From positions 256,001 through 320,000 of the forward strand of contig CAVVYR010000006.1 in assembly GCA_963752475.1 (NCBI GenBank): 64,000 nt of DNA. Reading direction: 5' to 3'. Positions 55,167 to 64,000 of this stretch are shown here, piece by piece. How positions within the stretch are numbered: position 1 is the stretch's first letter; each line of letters starts with the position of its first letter. The position numbers were made by a program, and so were the translations under genes. A model generated the notes under the pieces. It was given only the letters and a program-made list of their open reading frames with translations. It was not told where the DNA came from and searched no databases. The DNA is from an uncultured Chloroflexia bacterium (GTDB lineage Bacteria > Chloroflexota > Limnocylindria > Limnocylindrales > CSP1-4).

Positions 55167-55915
55167 GGCCCGACCTCGAAGCCGGCCTCGGTGAGGATGG
55201 CGGCCGCGGCGGGTCCGCCCAGCCAGTCCAGGAACGCCGCGGCCATCTCGTGCTCGCTCAGCTGCACGGCAGCGTACGTGGCAGCCACGTGAGCCGCTGC
55301 CGGCAGCGCGATCTCGACCGTGTCTTCGCTGCCGGCAGCGTCGCTGCGGTAGACGAAGGCAGCGTCGCCTTCGCCCAGCTCGACCTTGGCCAGGGCGGCC
55401 CGGACGTTGTCCTCTCGCGAGGCGATGTTGCCTTCGACCGCGGCTGCGAAGGCGTCGGGCTCGGGCATCTCATCCGCCAGCCGCTCGAGCGTCAGTGCCG
55501 TGTAGCGACCGATGGGCGTGCCCGGTCCGCCCACGATGACCCTGACACCGGGCTCGGCCAGGTCGGTGATGTCGGTGACCGGGCCATCGGCACGGGCCAC
55601 GAGGGTGATCTCGTTGCCCGCGAAGGGCACCGGCTCCGCCGCGGCGTGGCCCTCCTCGGCGAGCCGCTGCGGGTGGATCTCATCGGCCGAGATGAAGACG
55701 TCGGCACGGGCGCCTTCAGCGATCTGGGCGGCGAGCACATTGGAGGCCTCGCTGGCGATGGTCAGCGGCACATCCGGCTCGACCTCGAGCCAGGCAGCCT
55801 CGAGCTCGTCGGTGACGGTGCGCAGGGAGGCTGCGGCGAACAGCGTCAGTCCCTCGTCGGAGGTGTCGCCCGAGTCACATGCGGCGACCGCCAACGCGAC
55901 CACGGCTGCGAGCAC
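55163..55915 (-). CDS. modA: Molybdate-binding lipoprotein
   Basis: Lipobox VAAC; FAAASL, QIAEGARADVF.SAD and GEGDAAFVY.SD. Confidence 0.92.
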   Translation of the reverse strand: MLAAVVALAVAACDSGDTSDEGLTLFAAASLRTVTDELEAAWLEVEPDVPLTIASEASNVLAAQIAEGARADVFISADEIHPQRLAEEGHAAAEPVPFAGNEITLVARADGPVTDITDLAEPGVRVIVGGPGTPIGRYTALTLERLADEMPEPDAFAAAVEGNIASREDNVRAALAKVELGEGDAAFVYRSDAAGSEDTVEIALPAAAHVAATYAAVQLSEHEMAAAFLDWLGGPAAAAILTEAGFEVGP

Positions 55916-55956
55916 GCACCACCACCGAACGACGCTTGGCCGCCGTCCGGTGGCCT

Positions 55957-56382
55957 TCAGCGCGATGGCACCTCCACCATCACGTCGGTGGCTTTGACCG
56001 TGGCCACGACCTCATCGCCAGGCTCGAGCTCGAGCTCCTCGGAGGCCTCTCGAGTGATGAGGCTGACGAGACGGTGCGGGCCAGCCTGCACTTCGACCAC
56101 CGCCGCTACGCCGTCTCGCTCCACGTGCGTGACGATGCCCGGGAAGCGGTTGCGAGCGGACTGCGCCACGATCGGGCGGTCGGCGCCCTCGCGTCGGCGC
56201 TCCGCGGCCAGACGCGTGACATCGCCCTGGCTGACGGTGCGCTGGCCACCGGGCGTCAGCTCCACCTCGATGCGGCCGGCCTCGGCCCAGCGACGCAGCG
56301 TGTCAGGGCTCACGCCCAGCTGCGAGGCGGCCTCGCCGATGCGAAGTCGTGCGTTGTCTGTTCCTTGCTTATCGGCGTCCAT
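55957..56382 (-). CDS. HTH-TOBE molybdate-binding regulator
   Basis: IGEAASQLGVSPDTLRRW HTH plus SARN...VKAT TOBE domain. Confidence 0.9.
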   Translation of the reverse strand: MDADKQGTDNARLRIGEAASQLGVSPDTLRRWAEAGRIEVELTPGGQRTVSQGDVTRLAAERRREGADRPIVAQSARNRFPGIVTHVERDGVAAVVEVQAGPHRLVSLITREASEELELEPGDEVVATVKATDVMVEVPSR

Positions 56383-56418
56383 GCGCGAGATTATCCCGCA
56401 TCGGCAGTGACATGCGCG

Positions 56419-57174
56419 TTACAGCGCGCCGGCGCTCCCGGGCTCAAGGAGCCACACCGCGGTGGGTCGAACGGCGGTCTGTGCCGGCAGGCGCGCCGGA
56501 TCCGGGGCGGAGGTGAACACGTCGCGAACGGTCTCGGCCTTGCCGGCGCCCGGGACCATGACCACGATGCTCAGCGCGCCGCGCAGGACGAAGGGCGAGA
56601 GCGTCACGCGCGGCAGGTGGGGCTCGATGTGCGTGGGCGCCGCCACCGGCATCACGGTCGACTCGGTCTCGCTCGCGGGTGGCGTGTAGGGGAAGGTCGA
56701 GAGGATGTGGCCATCACCGCCCATGCCCAGCAGCAGCACGTCGAAGGCGGGCACACCCTCGCGGACCGGCAACGTCGCCGCCAGCTCGGCTGCATACCGT
56801 TCGGCCGCCCAGGCGGCGTCTTGACCGTCAGCGATGGCCTCGTCCACGGGTATCGGGTGCAGGGTCGCGTTGGGGCCATCGTCGGTCTCGAGCCAGTCGC
56901 GCAGTGCACCGGACCAGTTTCGATCGGGGTGATCGAGGGCCACGAAACGCTCGTCGCCCTGCCACACGTGCACGCGCGACCAGTCGACGCGGGCGGCCCG
57001 AGGGTCGGAACGCAGGAGCGCGAACAGCGCCGCCGCCGAGGAGCCGCCGGTGAGCGCGAGGTGGGCCGATCCACGCCGTGCGACCCCGTTGCGCAGTCCC
57101 TCGACCACGAGATCGAGCGCCCGGCAGGCGATGCTCTCCTTGTCAGCGCAGACGATGACCGAGGTGTTTCTCAT
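56419..57174 (-). CDS. pgl: 6-phosphogluconolactonase
   Basis: ALTGGS, GDERFV and LLGMG.DGH. Confidence 0.94.
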   Translation of the reverse strand: MRNTSVIVCADKESIACRALDLVVEGLRNGVARRGSAHLALTGGSSAAALFALLRSDPRAARVDWSRVHVWQGDERFVALDHPDRNWSGALRDWLETDDGPNATLHPIPVDEAIADGQDAAWAAERYAAELAATLPVREGVPAFDVLLLGMGGDGHILSTFPYTPPASETESTVMPVAAPTHIEPHLPRVTLSPFVLRGALSIVVMVPGAGKAETVRDVFTSAPDPARLPAQTAVRPTAVWLLEPGSAGAL

Positions 57175-58436
57175 CGAGCGCCATCGCCTACGAGTGCCAC
57201 AGCCTTCTCGAGTGCCTGGGCGAAGAGACGGTCGTGCCCGGTGCGGTCGAGGGAGTCGGCCAGATAGGGCGCCTCATCGAAGGCCTCGAGCTTGCTCGCT
57301 CGGCGCACCACCGAGGCCCCGTTCCAGCTGGCGGTGGCCAGCAGGTGGTCGGCCTGGCGGGTGACGTTGACGTGGGTATCGGCCTCGCTGCGATGGGCCT
57401 CCAGCTCCGCTCGCACCACCGATCCGGCGACTCGCACGGCACCGCTGAACTCGACCTCCACGGGCCGGACCTCGACCCTGATCTCGCGCTTGCCCGAACG
57501 CACCGTGCCGATCCACGATTCGTCGTCCGACTCATGCAACGGCTCCACCACCTGCAGCCGGAGCCGCGACATCAGCCAGCCCACGAAGAGCACCGCGCGT
57601 GAGAGCCGGACGTCGCCGCCCGGCCGGGCCACATCGATGCGGATCGAGTCCAGGTGCCGAAGCTCGCGGACGAGCAGGGGATGGTCGAAGCAGGAGGCCA
57701 GGAGCTCGCGCCAGAGCATCAGGCGCATCCAGCTCACATCATGGACCACGAGCCCGCCGTAGACGGCATCGGCCATGCCCTTGAGCCGCGTCAGCCCATG
57801 GTGGCGGAAGGCACCCGAGTCGACGAAGAGCCGGTCGACCTCATCGGCCAGCTCGGCGAAGTCGGAGCGCCCGAAGGGCACGTCATCGGGCCACCAGAGC
57901 ACGACCGGCAGGTCGTGGATGAGCAGTGGCGCGACCGTGCTCGAGAGGTGCTGGGTCAGCTCGCCACCGACCTTGATGAGGACCTCCTCGGTGCAGACCT
58001 GGCTGGAGCCCTTCTCGGGCAGCTGGCAGGAGGCGTAGATGTGGGCGTCGAAGCTGGCCGGCCCGTCTGGGTCGGTGGGGGAGAGCACGACCGCGCGCGA
58101 TGGATGGCGCGAGGCCAGCGTGGCGACCGTGGCCATGGCTCGGTCGACGAGCTCCGGACGCGGCGCGACCACCACCAGCGTGAGCACCGAGGTGCGGGTG
58201 CGGACACGCACGCCATCGGCGTGGCTGCTGGCGCCCATGTGCCTGGCCACGCGCGGGTCGCCATGCGCCAGCTCGTGTCCTTCGGCTCCACCGAACGCGT
58301 CGCTGCTGGCCTCCTCGGCCACGCGGCCCCAGAGGCTGCTGAGCATGTCCGTGGTGGCCCGGATCGACTCCGTGCGCACCTGCCAGCGCCAGGTGCCGGT
58401 CTCGTCGAAGTCGATGGCCGTTACAGGCGTCGCCAT
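57171..58436 (-). CDS. opcA: G6PDH assembly/effector protein OpcA
   Basis: HPSR, PLLIHDLPVVLWW, VDS and DVSW.RL..WRELLA; directly after zwf. Confidence 0.9.
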   Translation of the reverse strand: MATPVTAIDFDETGTWRWQVRTESIRATTDMLSSLWGRVAEEASSDAFGGAEGHELAHGDPRVARHMGASSHADGVRVRTRTSVLTLVVVAPRPELVDRAMATVATLASRHPSRAVVLSPTDPDGPASFDAHIYASCQLPEKGSSQVCTEEVLIKVGGELTQHLSSTVAPLLIHDLPVVLWWPDDVPFGRSDFAELADEVDRLFVDSGAFRHHGLTRLKGMADAVYGGLVVHDVSWMRLMLWRELLASCFDHPLLVRELRHLDSIRIDVARPGGDVRLSRAVLFVGWLMSRLRLQVVEPLHESDDESWIGTVRSGKREIRVEVRPVEVEFSGAVRVAGSVVRAELEAHRSEADTHVNVTRQADHLLATASWNGASVVRRASKLEAFDEAPYLADSLDRTGHDRLFAQALEKAVALVGDGAR

Positions 58437-60088
58437 CGTCTGCCGTCCCGTTCGAGCAGCCGGTCCGCGGCCTCCGGTCCCCAGGTACCGGCCTCGTAGG
58501 GCTGGACGCTGCCGTCGAGCTTGCCGAAGCGGCGTGCGGTCCTGGACTTGCCATTGCCGCCGGCGACACCCCACTCGGCCCAGGTCTCGTTCAGCGGCGT
58601 CACCAGCGACCAGGCGGCCTCCACCTCGTCGGCACGGGTGAAGAGCGAAGCGTCGCCGAGCATGGCGTCGAGCAGCAGCGTCTCGTACGCCTCCGGCGCA
58701 TCGGAGAGGAAGGTCGAGCCGTAGGTGAAATCCATGTTCACCGAGCGCACGTCGAGCCCCAGGTCCGGCACCTTGGCCGCGAAGCGCAGCAGGATGCCCT
58801 CGTCAGGCTGGATGCGCATGGCCAGCATGTTGGGCTCGGGATCGCTGGCGCTGTCCCTGAATAGCGTCAGCGGTGGCTGGTTGAACTGGATGGCGATCTC
58901 GGTCGCGCGCCGTGGCAGGTGCTTGCCGGTGCGCAGGTAGAAGGGCACGCCGGCCCAGCGCCAGTTCTCGACCTCCAGTCGCAGGGCCACGTAGGTCTCG
59001 ACATGTGAGTCCTTCGAGACCTCCTCCTCATCGAGGTAGCCTCCCACCTTGCGGTCGGCGACCCAGCCGGCGGTGTACTGACCGCGCACGACATCGTTGT
59101 GGATGCGCTCCGGCGTCCAGTCGGTGTCGATGGCTCGAAGTACGCGTACCTTCTCGTCGCGCAGGGCATCAGCCTCGAAGTTGATGGGCGGCTCCATGGC
59201 CACGAGGCTGAGCAGTTGCAGCATATGGTTCTGCAGGATGTCGCGGCTGGCGCCGGCCTCCTCGTAGAAGGCACCGCGCGTGCCCACGCCCAGGTCCTCG
59301 GCCACGGTGATCTGAACGTGGTCGACGTAGCGTCGGTTCCACACCGGCTCGAAGATGCCGTTGGCGAAGCGGAACACCAGCAGGTTGCGCACGGTGTCCT
59401 TGCCCAGGTAGTGGTCGATGCGGTAGACCTGCGACTCGTCGAACGACTGCATGACCGCGTCGTTCAAGGCATGGCCCGAGTCGAGGTCATGCCCGAAGGG
59501 CTTCTCGATGACGATGCGGCTCCAGGCACCCTCGGGGTGAGCCAGGCCGGCGGCGCCGAGGTTGGCCACGATGTCCTCGTAGGCCGAAGGCGGCGTGGCC
59601 AGGTAGAAGAGGCGGTTGCCGCGACAGCCGGCAGCGGCGTCGATCTGGTCCAGGCGCTCGGCCAGGCGGGCGTAGTCCTCTGCCTTGGTGAAGTCGCCCT
59701 GTTGGTAGTGGATGGTCTGGGCGAAGTCGTTCCACAGCGCCCCCTCGACCTCGTTTCGCGAGTACTCGGTGACCGCGTCCTTCATCTCGTCGGCGAACGC
59801 CGCGTCGGTATAGGAGCGGCGCGAATAGCCCACGATGGACGTCTCCGTCGGCAGCAGTCGGGCGCGGCGGAGATTGTAGAAGGCCGGGAAGATCTTGCGG
59901 TGCGAGAGATCGCCGGTGGCTCCGAAGACGACCACGATGGCCGGGTCGGGCACGCGTTCGAGACGTGTGCCCGCACGCAGGGGGTTGGCGGCGGCCGCGT
60001 CTTCGACCGCGTCGCGATGCATCACGTGCCGTGCCCGCCTGTCGTCGCCTCTCGCCTTGCCCGCCTTGGCGGGCGCTTCCTTGGCCAT
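58421..60088 (-). CDS. zwf: Glucose-6-phosphate 1-dehydrogenase
   Basis: FGATGDL, EKPFG, RIDHYLGK and RWAGVPFYLRTGK. Confidence 0.97.
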   Translation of the reverse strand: MAKEAPAKAGKARGDDRRARHVMHRDAVEDAAAANPLRAGTRLERVPDPAIVVVFGATGDLSHRKIFPAFYNLRRARLLPTETSIVGYSRRSYTDAAFADEMKDAVTEYSRNEVEGALWNDFAQTIHYQQGDFTKAEDYARLAERLDQIDAAAGCRGNRLFYLATPPSAYEDIVANLGAAGLAHPEGAWSRIVIEKPFGHDLDSGHALNDAVMQSFDESQVYRIDHYLGKDTVRNLLVFRFANGIFEPVWNRRYVDHVQITVAEDLGVGTRGAFYEEAGASRDILQNHMLQLLSLVAMEPPINFEADALRDEKVRVLRAIDTDWTPERIHNDVVRGQYTAGWVADRKVGGYLDEEEVSKDSHVETYVALRLEVENWRWAGVPFYLRTGKHLPRRATEIAIQFNQPPLTLFRDSASDPEPNMLAMRIQPDEGILLRFAAKVPDLGLDVRSVNMDFTYGSTFLSDAPEAYETLLLDAMLGDASLFTRADEVEAAWSLVTPLNETWAEWGVAGGNGKSRTARRFGKLDGSVQPYEAGTWGPEAADRLLERDGRRWRRL

Positions 60089-60117
60089 CGTCTGGCTCCT
60101 GTCTATCCCGCCATGGG

Positions 60118-61830
60118 TCAGGCGAGGGCTTCGTCGACGGCTACCCGCAGTTCGCTCAGCCCGGCATCGGCGTCGTCGCCGAGGTCGATGCGTATGGCCG
60201 GCAGTCCATGCGCCCCGAAGGCCGCGAAGTCACCCATGGCCTGGGCATCGATAAGGACACCGAACGTCTCGTCGCGACCGGGGATGGGCAGGTCTTGCGC
60301 GTGGCCGGTGGTCAGCTGGATGAAGCAGCCCGTGGCTGCGCCACCCTTGTGCAACTGGCCGGTCGAGTGCAGGAACCGCGGGCCGTAACCCGAGGTCGAG
60401 GCCTTGCGCGTGCCGTCACGCAAGGTGGCCTGTAGTGCCTGTAGCTGCTCGGTTCGGGCGTCCGTGGGCGCGATGTATGCGCCGATCTGGAAATAGCCCG
60501 ACTCGGGCACCTTGCCGAGGTGCTCGCGCAGAAGCTCGACGAAGTCCATCTCACCGCCACCCTGCTTCCAGGCACGCAGCTGACCACGGCGGGCGGTCGG
60601 CTCGGCCTCCGGCAGACGGCCATCGGCCGTGAAGACCTTGAGCACCTCGCTGGTGTTGTTCTTGGATTCGGTGACGTTGGGCTCGTCGAAGGGGTTGACG
60701 CCGAGGCCGATGCCTGCGACGGCCGTCGCGAACTCCCAGCGGAAGAACTCGGCTGCGACCCAGGAAGCGTCGTCGAGTCGGATGTCGATGAGCGGATGTC
60801 CGGCCTCGGTCAAGGCTTGGAGCTTGGCGTCGACGTCGGTGTGCCACTCGCTGTCGCTGGCAGGGCCCAGACGGACGAAGACGCGATCGTGGCCATAGGC
60901 CTCCGGCGTGCCCAGCGGCTCGCCGTTCACGGGCACGATGCCCACGCCGTCCTTGCCCGTGGACTCCGCGATGAGCTGCTCGAGCCAGCCGCCGAGCGCA
61001 GCCAGGTCGGGCTCGATGACGAAGGTCAGCTTGTCGCGACCGGCCTTGGCCAGCGCGGCCATGGCGGACCCGAGCACGAGGGCCGAGTTGTCGCCCGCGT
61101 CGGCCTTGGTGGACTCGGCCATGATGCGCGCGTCCTCGAGCAGCGGATCGATGTCCAGCCGCAGCAGGGCCGCGGGCACCAGGCCCACGTAGGTCAGGGC
61201 GCTGTAGCGTCCGCCGACATCGCTGGGGTTGATGAACGTCTCACGGAAGTAGTTCGAGTGGGGCAGGGCCTCGAGCGGCGCACCCGCGTCGGTGATGGAG
61301 ATGAACTCATTGCCTGCACGGTTGTGCGGGATGCGTCCGACGCGGCCCTCTTCGAGGGCCCAGTAGTGGGCCAGGAAGGCCAGGGTCTCGGTCGTCGAGC
61401 CCGACTTGGTGGCGATGATGCGGAGGGTCTTGCTGTCATCGAGCCGGGCGTCGATGTCGGCGATGGTGGCCGGGTCCGTGGAGTCGAGCACGTGGACCGT
61501 GAGGCCCTTGTCCGACTCGGGGTAGACCTTGGTCAGCACCTCCGGCGCGAGCGAGGATCCGCCCATGCCGCAGACGAGGGCGTCGGTGTAGCCGGATGCT
61601 TCGATGGACTCACCGAAGGCGGTCAGCTCCGCGACCTCATCCTCGAAGTAGGTGGGGGCGTGCAGCCAGCCAAGGCGCAGCAGGATCTTCTCGCCGACCT
61701 CGGGGTCGTCGGTCCAGAGGCTGGTGTCGTTGGACCAGACGCGGCTGGCCCAACGCTCACCAACGGCCTGGGCGATCGCCTCATCGACATCGTCCTGCAG
61801 CTCCGCCGGCAGTCTGAACGTGGTGTCCAT
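60118..61830 (-). CDS. pgi: Glucose-6-phosphate isomerase (tal-pgi C-terminal type)
   Basis: RLGWL, GMGGSSL, TKSGSTTET, VGGRYSAL, EQLIAESTGK, NPFDEPNV and GPRFLHSTGQLHKGG. Confidence 0.9.
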   Translation of the reverse strand: MDTTFRLPAELQDDVDEAIAQAVGERWASRVWSNDTSLWTDDPEVGEKILLRLGWLHAPTYFEDEVAELTAFGESIEASGYTDALVCGMGGSSLAPEVLTKVYPESDKGLTVHVLDSTDPATIADIDARLDDSKTLRIIATKSGSTTETLAFLAHYWALEEGRVGRIPHNRAGNEFISITDAGAPLEALPHSNYFRETFINPSDVGGRYSALTYVGLVPAALLRLDIDPLLEDARIMAESTKADAGDNSALVLGSAMAALAKAGRDKLTFVIEPDLAALGGWLEQLIAESTGKDGVGIVPVNGEPLGTPEAYGHDRVFVRLGPASDSEWHTDVDAKLQALTEAGHPLIDIRLDDASWVAAEFFRWEFATAVAGIGLGVNPFDEPNVTESKNNTSEVLKVFTADGRLPEAEPTARRGQLRAWKQGGGEMDFVELLREHLGKVPESGYFQIGAYIAPTDARTEQLQALQATLRDGTRKASTSGYGPRFLHSTGQLHKGGAATGCFIQLTTGHAQDLPIPGRDETFGVLIDAQAMGDFAAFGAHGLPAIRIDLGDDADAGLSELRVAVDEALA

Positions 61831-63931
61831 CTAGCGGGCCTCCGCAGCCTCGAGGGTCGTGCCCGAGTGTTCGGCATCGGGGGAGATGATGCCGCAGACG
61901 TCCCCGGCGAGGACGCCACGCGCGATCTCGGCGACGTTCTCGACGGTGAAGCCGAAGGCCTCGAAGATCTGCGGTGCGGGGGCGCTCATGCCGTAGCGAT
62001 CGATGGCGACGATGGCACCGTGGCGCTGGTTCACGTAGCGGTCCCAGCCCAGCGACACACCCGACTCGATCGACACGCGGGCGGTGACGTCGGGTGGCAG
62101 GACCTCGTCACGATAGGCCGCCGGCTGCGCCTCGAAGCGTTCCCAGCTGGGCATGGACACGACGCGGACCTTGAGGCCCTCTGCCGTCAGTGCCTCGCGG
62201 GCGCCCATGGCCAGGTGCAGCTCGGAGCCGGTGGCAAGGAGGATGAGCTCGGGCGCGGTGACGGCACCGTTGGTCGTGGTGGCCTCGGCCAGCACGTAGC
62301 CACCCGCCCGCACGCCCTCACGGGCCAGCTCGGCCGTGCCCGGCAGGACCGGCAGCTTCTGGCGCGTGAAGACCATGGCCACAGGACCATGCGTGCTCTC
62401 GAGCGCCAAGGCCCAGCCGGCGGAGGCCTCGTTGGGATCGCCGGCACGCACGAAGGTCAGGTTGGGGATGGCGCGCAGCGCCGCGTAGTGCTCGATCGCC
62501 TGGTGCGTAGGGCCGTCCTCGCCGACGCCGATGGAGTCGTGCGTCCAGACGTAGATGATCGGCAGTCCGGACAGCGCCGCCACGCGCACCGATCCGCGCA
62601 TGTAGTCGCTGAAGGGCAGGAACGTGGCCACGAACGGCGTCAAGTCCACCGTGATAGGCGATGCCGTTGGCGATGCCCCCCATGGCGTGCTCGCGGACGC
62701 CGTAGCGGATGTTGCGGCCACTCTCGTCCGCGGTGAAGACGCCGCCATCGGGGATATCGGTGAGGTTGGAGCCCGAGAGGTCAGCGGAGCCACCGATGAG
62801 CTCGGGCACGCCGCCGGCAAGGCCGGCGATGGCGTTCTTCGAGGCGTTGCGGGTGGCGATGCCGTCATCGTCGGTGGAGTACGCCGGCAGCTCGGCGTCC
62901 CAGCCCTCGGCCAGGGTGCCGTCGATGCGGCGGCGCAGCTCGGCGCCGGCCTCGGGGTAGGCCTCGGCGTAGGCGGAGAGGCGATCCTCCCACTCGGCCA
63001 CCAGCTCCTCGCCGTTCTCGGCAGCCTCGCGGAAGTGCGCCAGGACGTCGGCGTCGACGGCGAAGCTGGCCTCTGGATCGAAGCCGAGTGCGGTCTTGGT
63101 GGCAGCCACCTCGTCGGCACCGAGCGGGGCGCCATGGACCTTGTGCGTGCCCGCCTTGTTGGGCGAGCCGGCGCCGATCACCGTCCTGACGCTGATGATC
63201 GAGGGGCGGTCGTCAGCGCGGGCGGCCTCGATGGCGGCCTCGATGGCGGCGACGTCCTCGCCGTCGGTCACACGCTGGACGTGCCAGCCGTAGGCCTCGA
63301 ATCGCGCCAGCACATCCTCGGACCAGGCCATGGAGGTGGGGCCGTCGAGCTGGATGTCATTGTCGTCGTAGAGCGCGATGAGCTTGCCCAGCTTGAGGTG
63401 CCCGGCGAGGCTGGCGGCCTCCGCGGCGATGCCCTCCTGGAGATCGCCGTCGGAGCAGACCGTGTACGTCCAGTGGTCGATGATCTCGTGGTCGGGCTGG
63501 TTGAACTCGGCAGCCAGACGGCGCTCTGCGATGGCCATGCCCACGGCGTTGGCGAAACCCTGGCCCAGGGGACCGGTGGTGGCGTCGACGCCGGCGGTCA
63601 GCCCGTACTCGGGGTGCCCGGGGGTCTTGGAGCCGAACTGGCGGAAGCGCTTGAGCTCCTCGAGCGGCAGGTCGTAGCCGGTGAGATGAAGCATCGAGTA
63701 GAGCAGCATGCTGGCGTGGCCGGCGCTGAGCACGAAGCGGTCACGATCGAGCCAGTCGGGACGTGTGGGGGCGTGCTTGAGGAACGACGTCCACAGCGCG
63801 TAGGTCATCGGCGCCGCGCCCATGGGCGCACCGGGATGGCCGCTGTTGGCCTGCTGGATGGCGTCGATGGAAAGGACGCGGATGGTGTCGATGGCCTTCT
63901 TCTGATCGAAGGGCGTGGTGGTGCCGTCCAA
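61831..63931 (-). CDS. tkt: Transketolase; frameshift near 62643
   Basis: [25 protein letters not shown] and GVREHAM in one frame; [21 protein letters not shown] in the next. Confidence 0.93.
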
Positions 63932-64000
63932 AGGTATGCTCCTCGAGGCTCAGGGTCGCTCGCTCACTCAGGCTCGAGCATCCCTACGTGGGTCCGTGCA

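Noticed and set aside
61831-63931. Programmed frameshifting in tkt
   Set aside because: No slippery sequence; a housekeeping enzyme, and a second similar indel in the window points to sequencing error.

Overview
High-GC bacterial chromosomal segment made mostly of housekeeping genes. Gene content (CxxC-x17-CxxC zinc-ribbon protein, moaD-moaE fusion, leuA plus cimA, opcA, a PGI of the tal-pgi type) suggests Chloroflexota, possibly Limnocylindria; this is inference only. Contents in order: korB, a peptidase, copA, a GH18 protein, fabD with two fabF genes, a split branched-chain amino acid cluster (ilvD, leuDC, ilvB-ilvN-ilvC-leuA-leuB-cimA), pheA, a GGDEF-EAL protein, moaX, a CoA-transferase pair, orphan tadE/tadG-VWA genes, an aminotransferase and ALDH, an Mre11/Rad50-like pair, modAB and the pentose-phosphate operon (tkt-pgi-zwf-opcA-pgl). 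No tRNA, rRNA, CRISPR array or transposase was recognised. Three non-obvious features stand out. (1) A family of dispersed, diverged, roughly 300-450 bp intergenic elements (about 14.0, 39.5 and 45.6 kb, plus probable fragments) built from inward-facing GTRG-containing boxes at conserved 38, 57-58 and 51 nt spacings; they look REPIN/MITE-like and no mobilase is in the window. (2) An unusually long 61-aa leader peptide packed with rare Leu/Val/Ile codons, with competing hairpins and a terminator, ahead of the ilv-leu operon. (3) Many apparently leaderless genes. Two single-base frameshifts (Rad50-like gene, transketolase) are probably sequencing errors.
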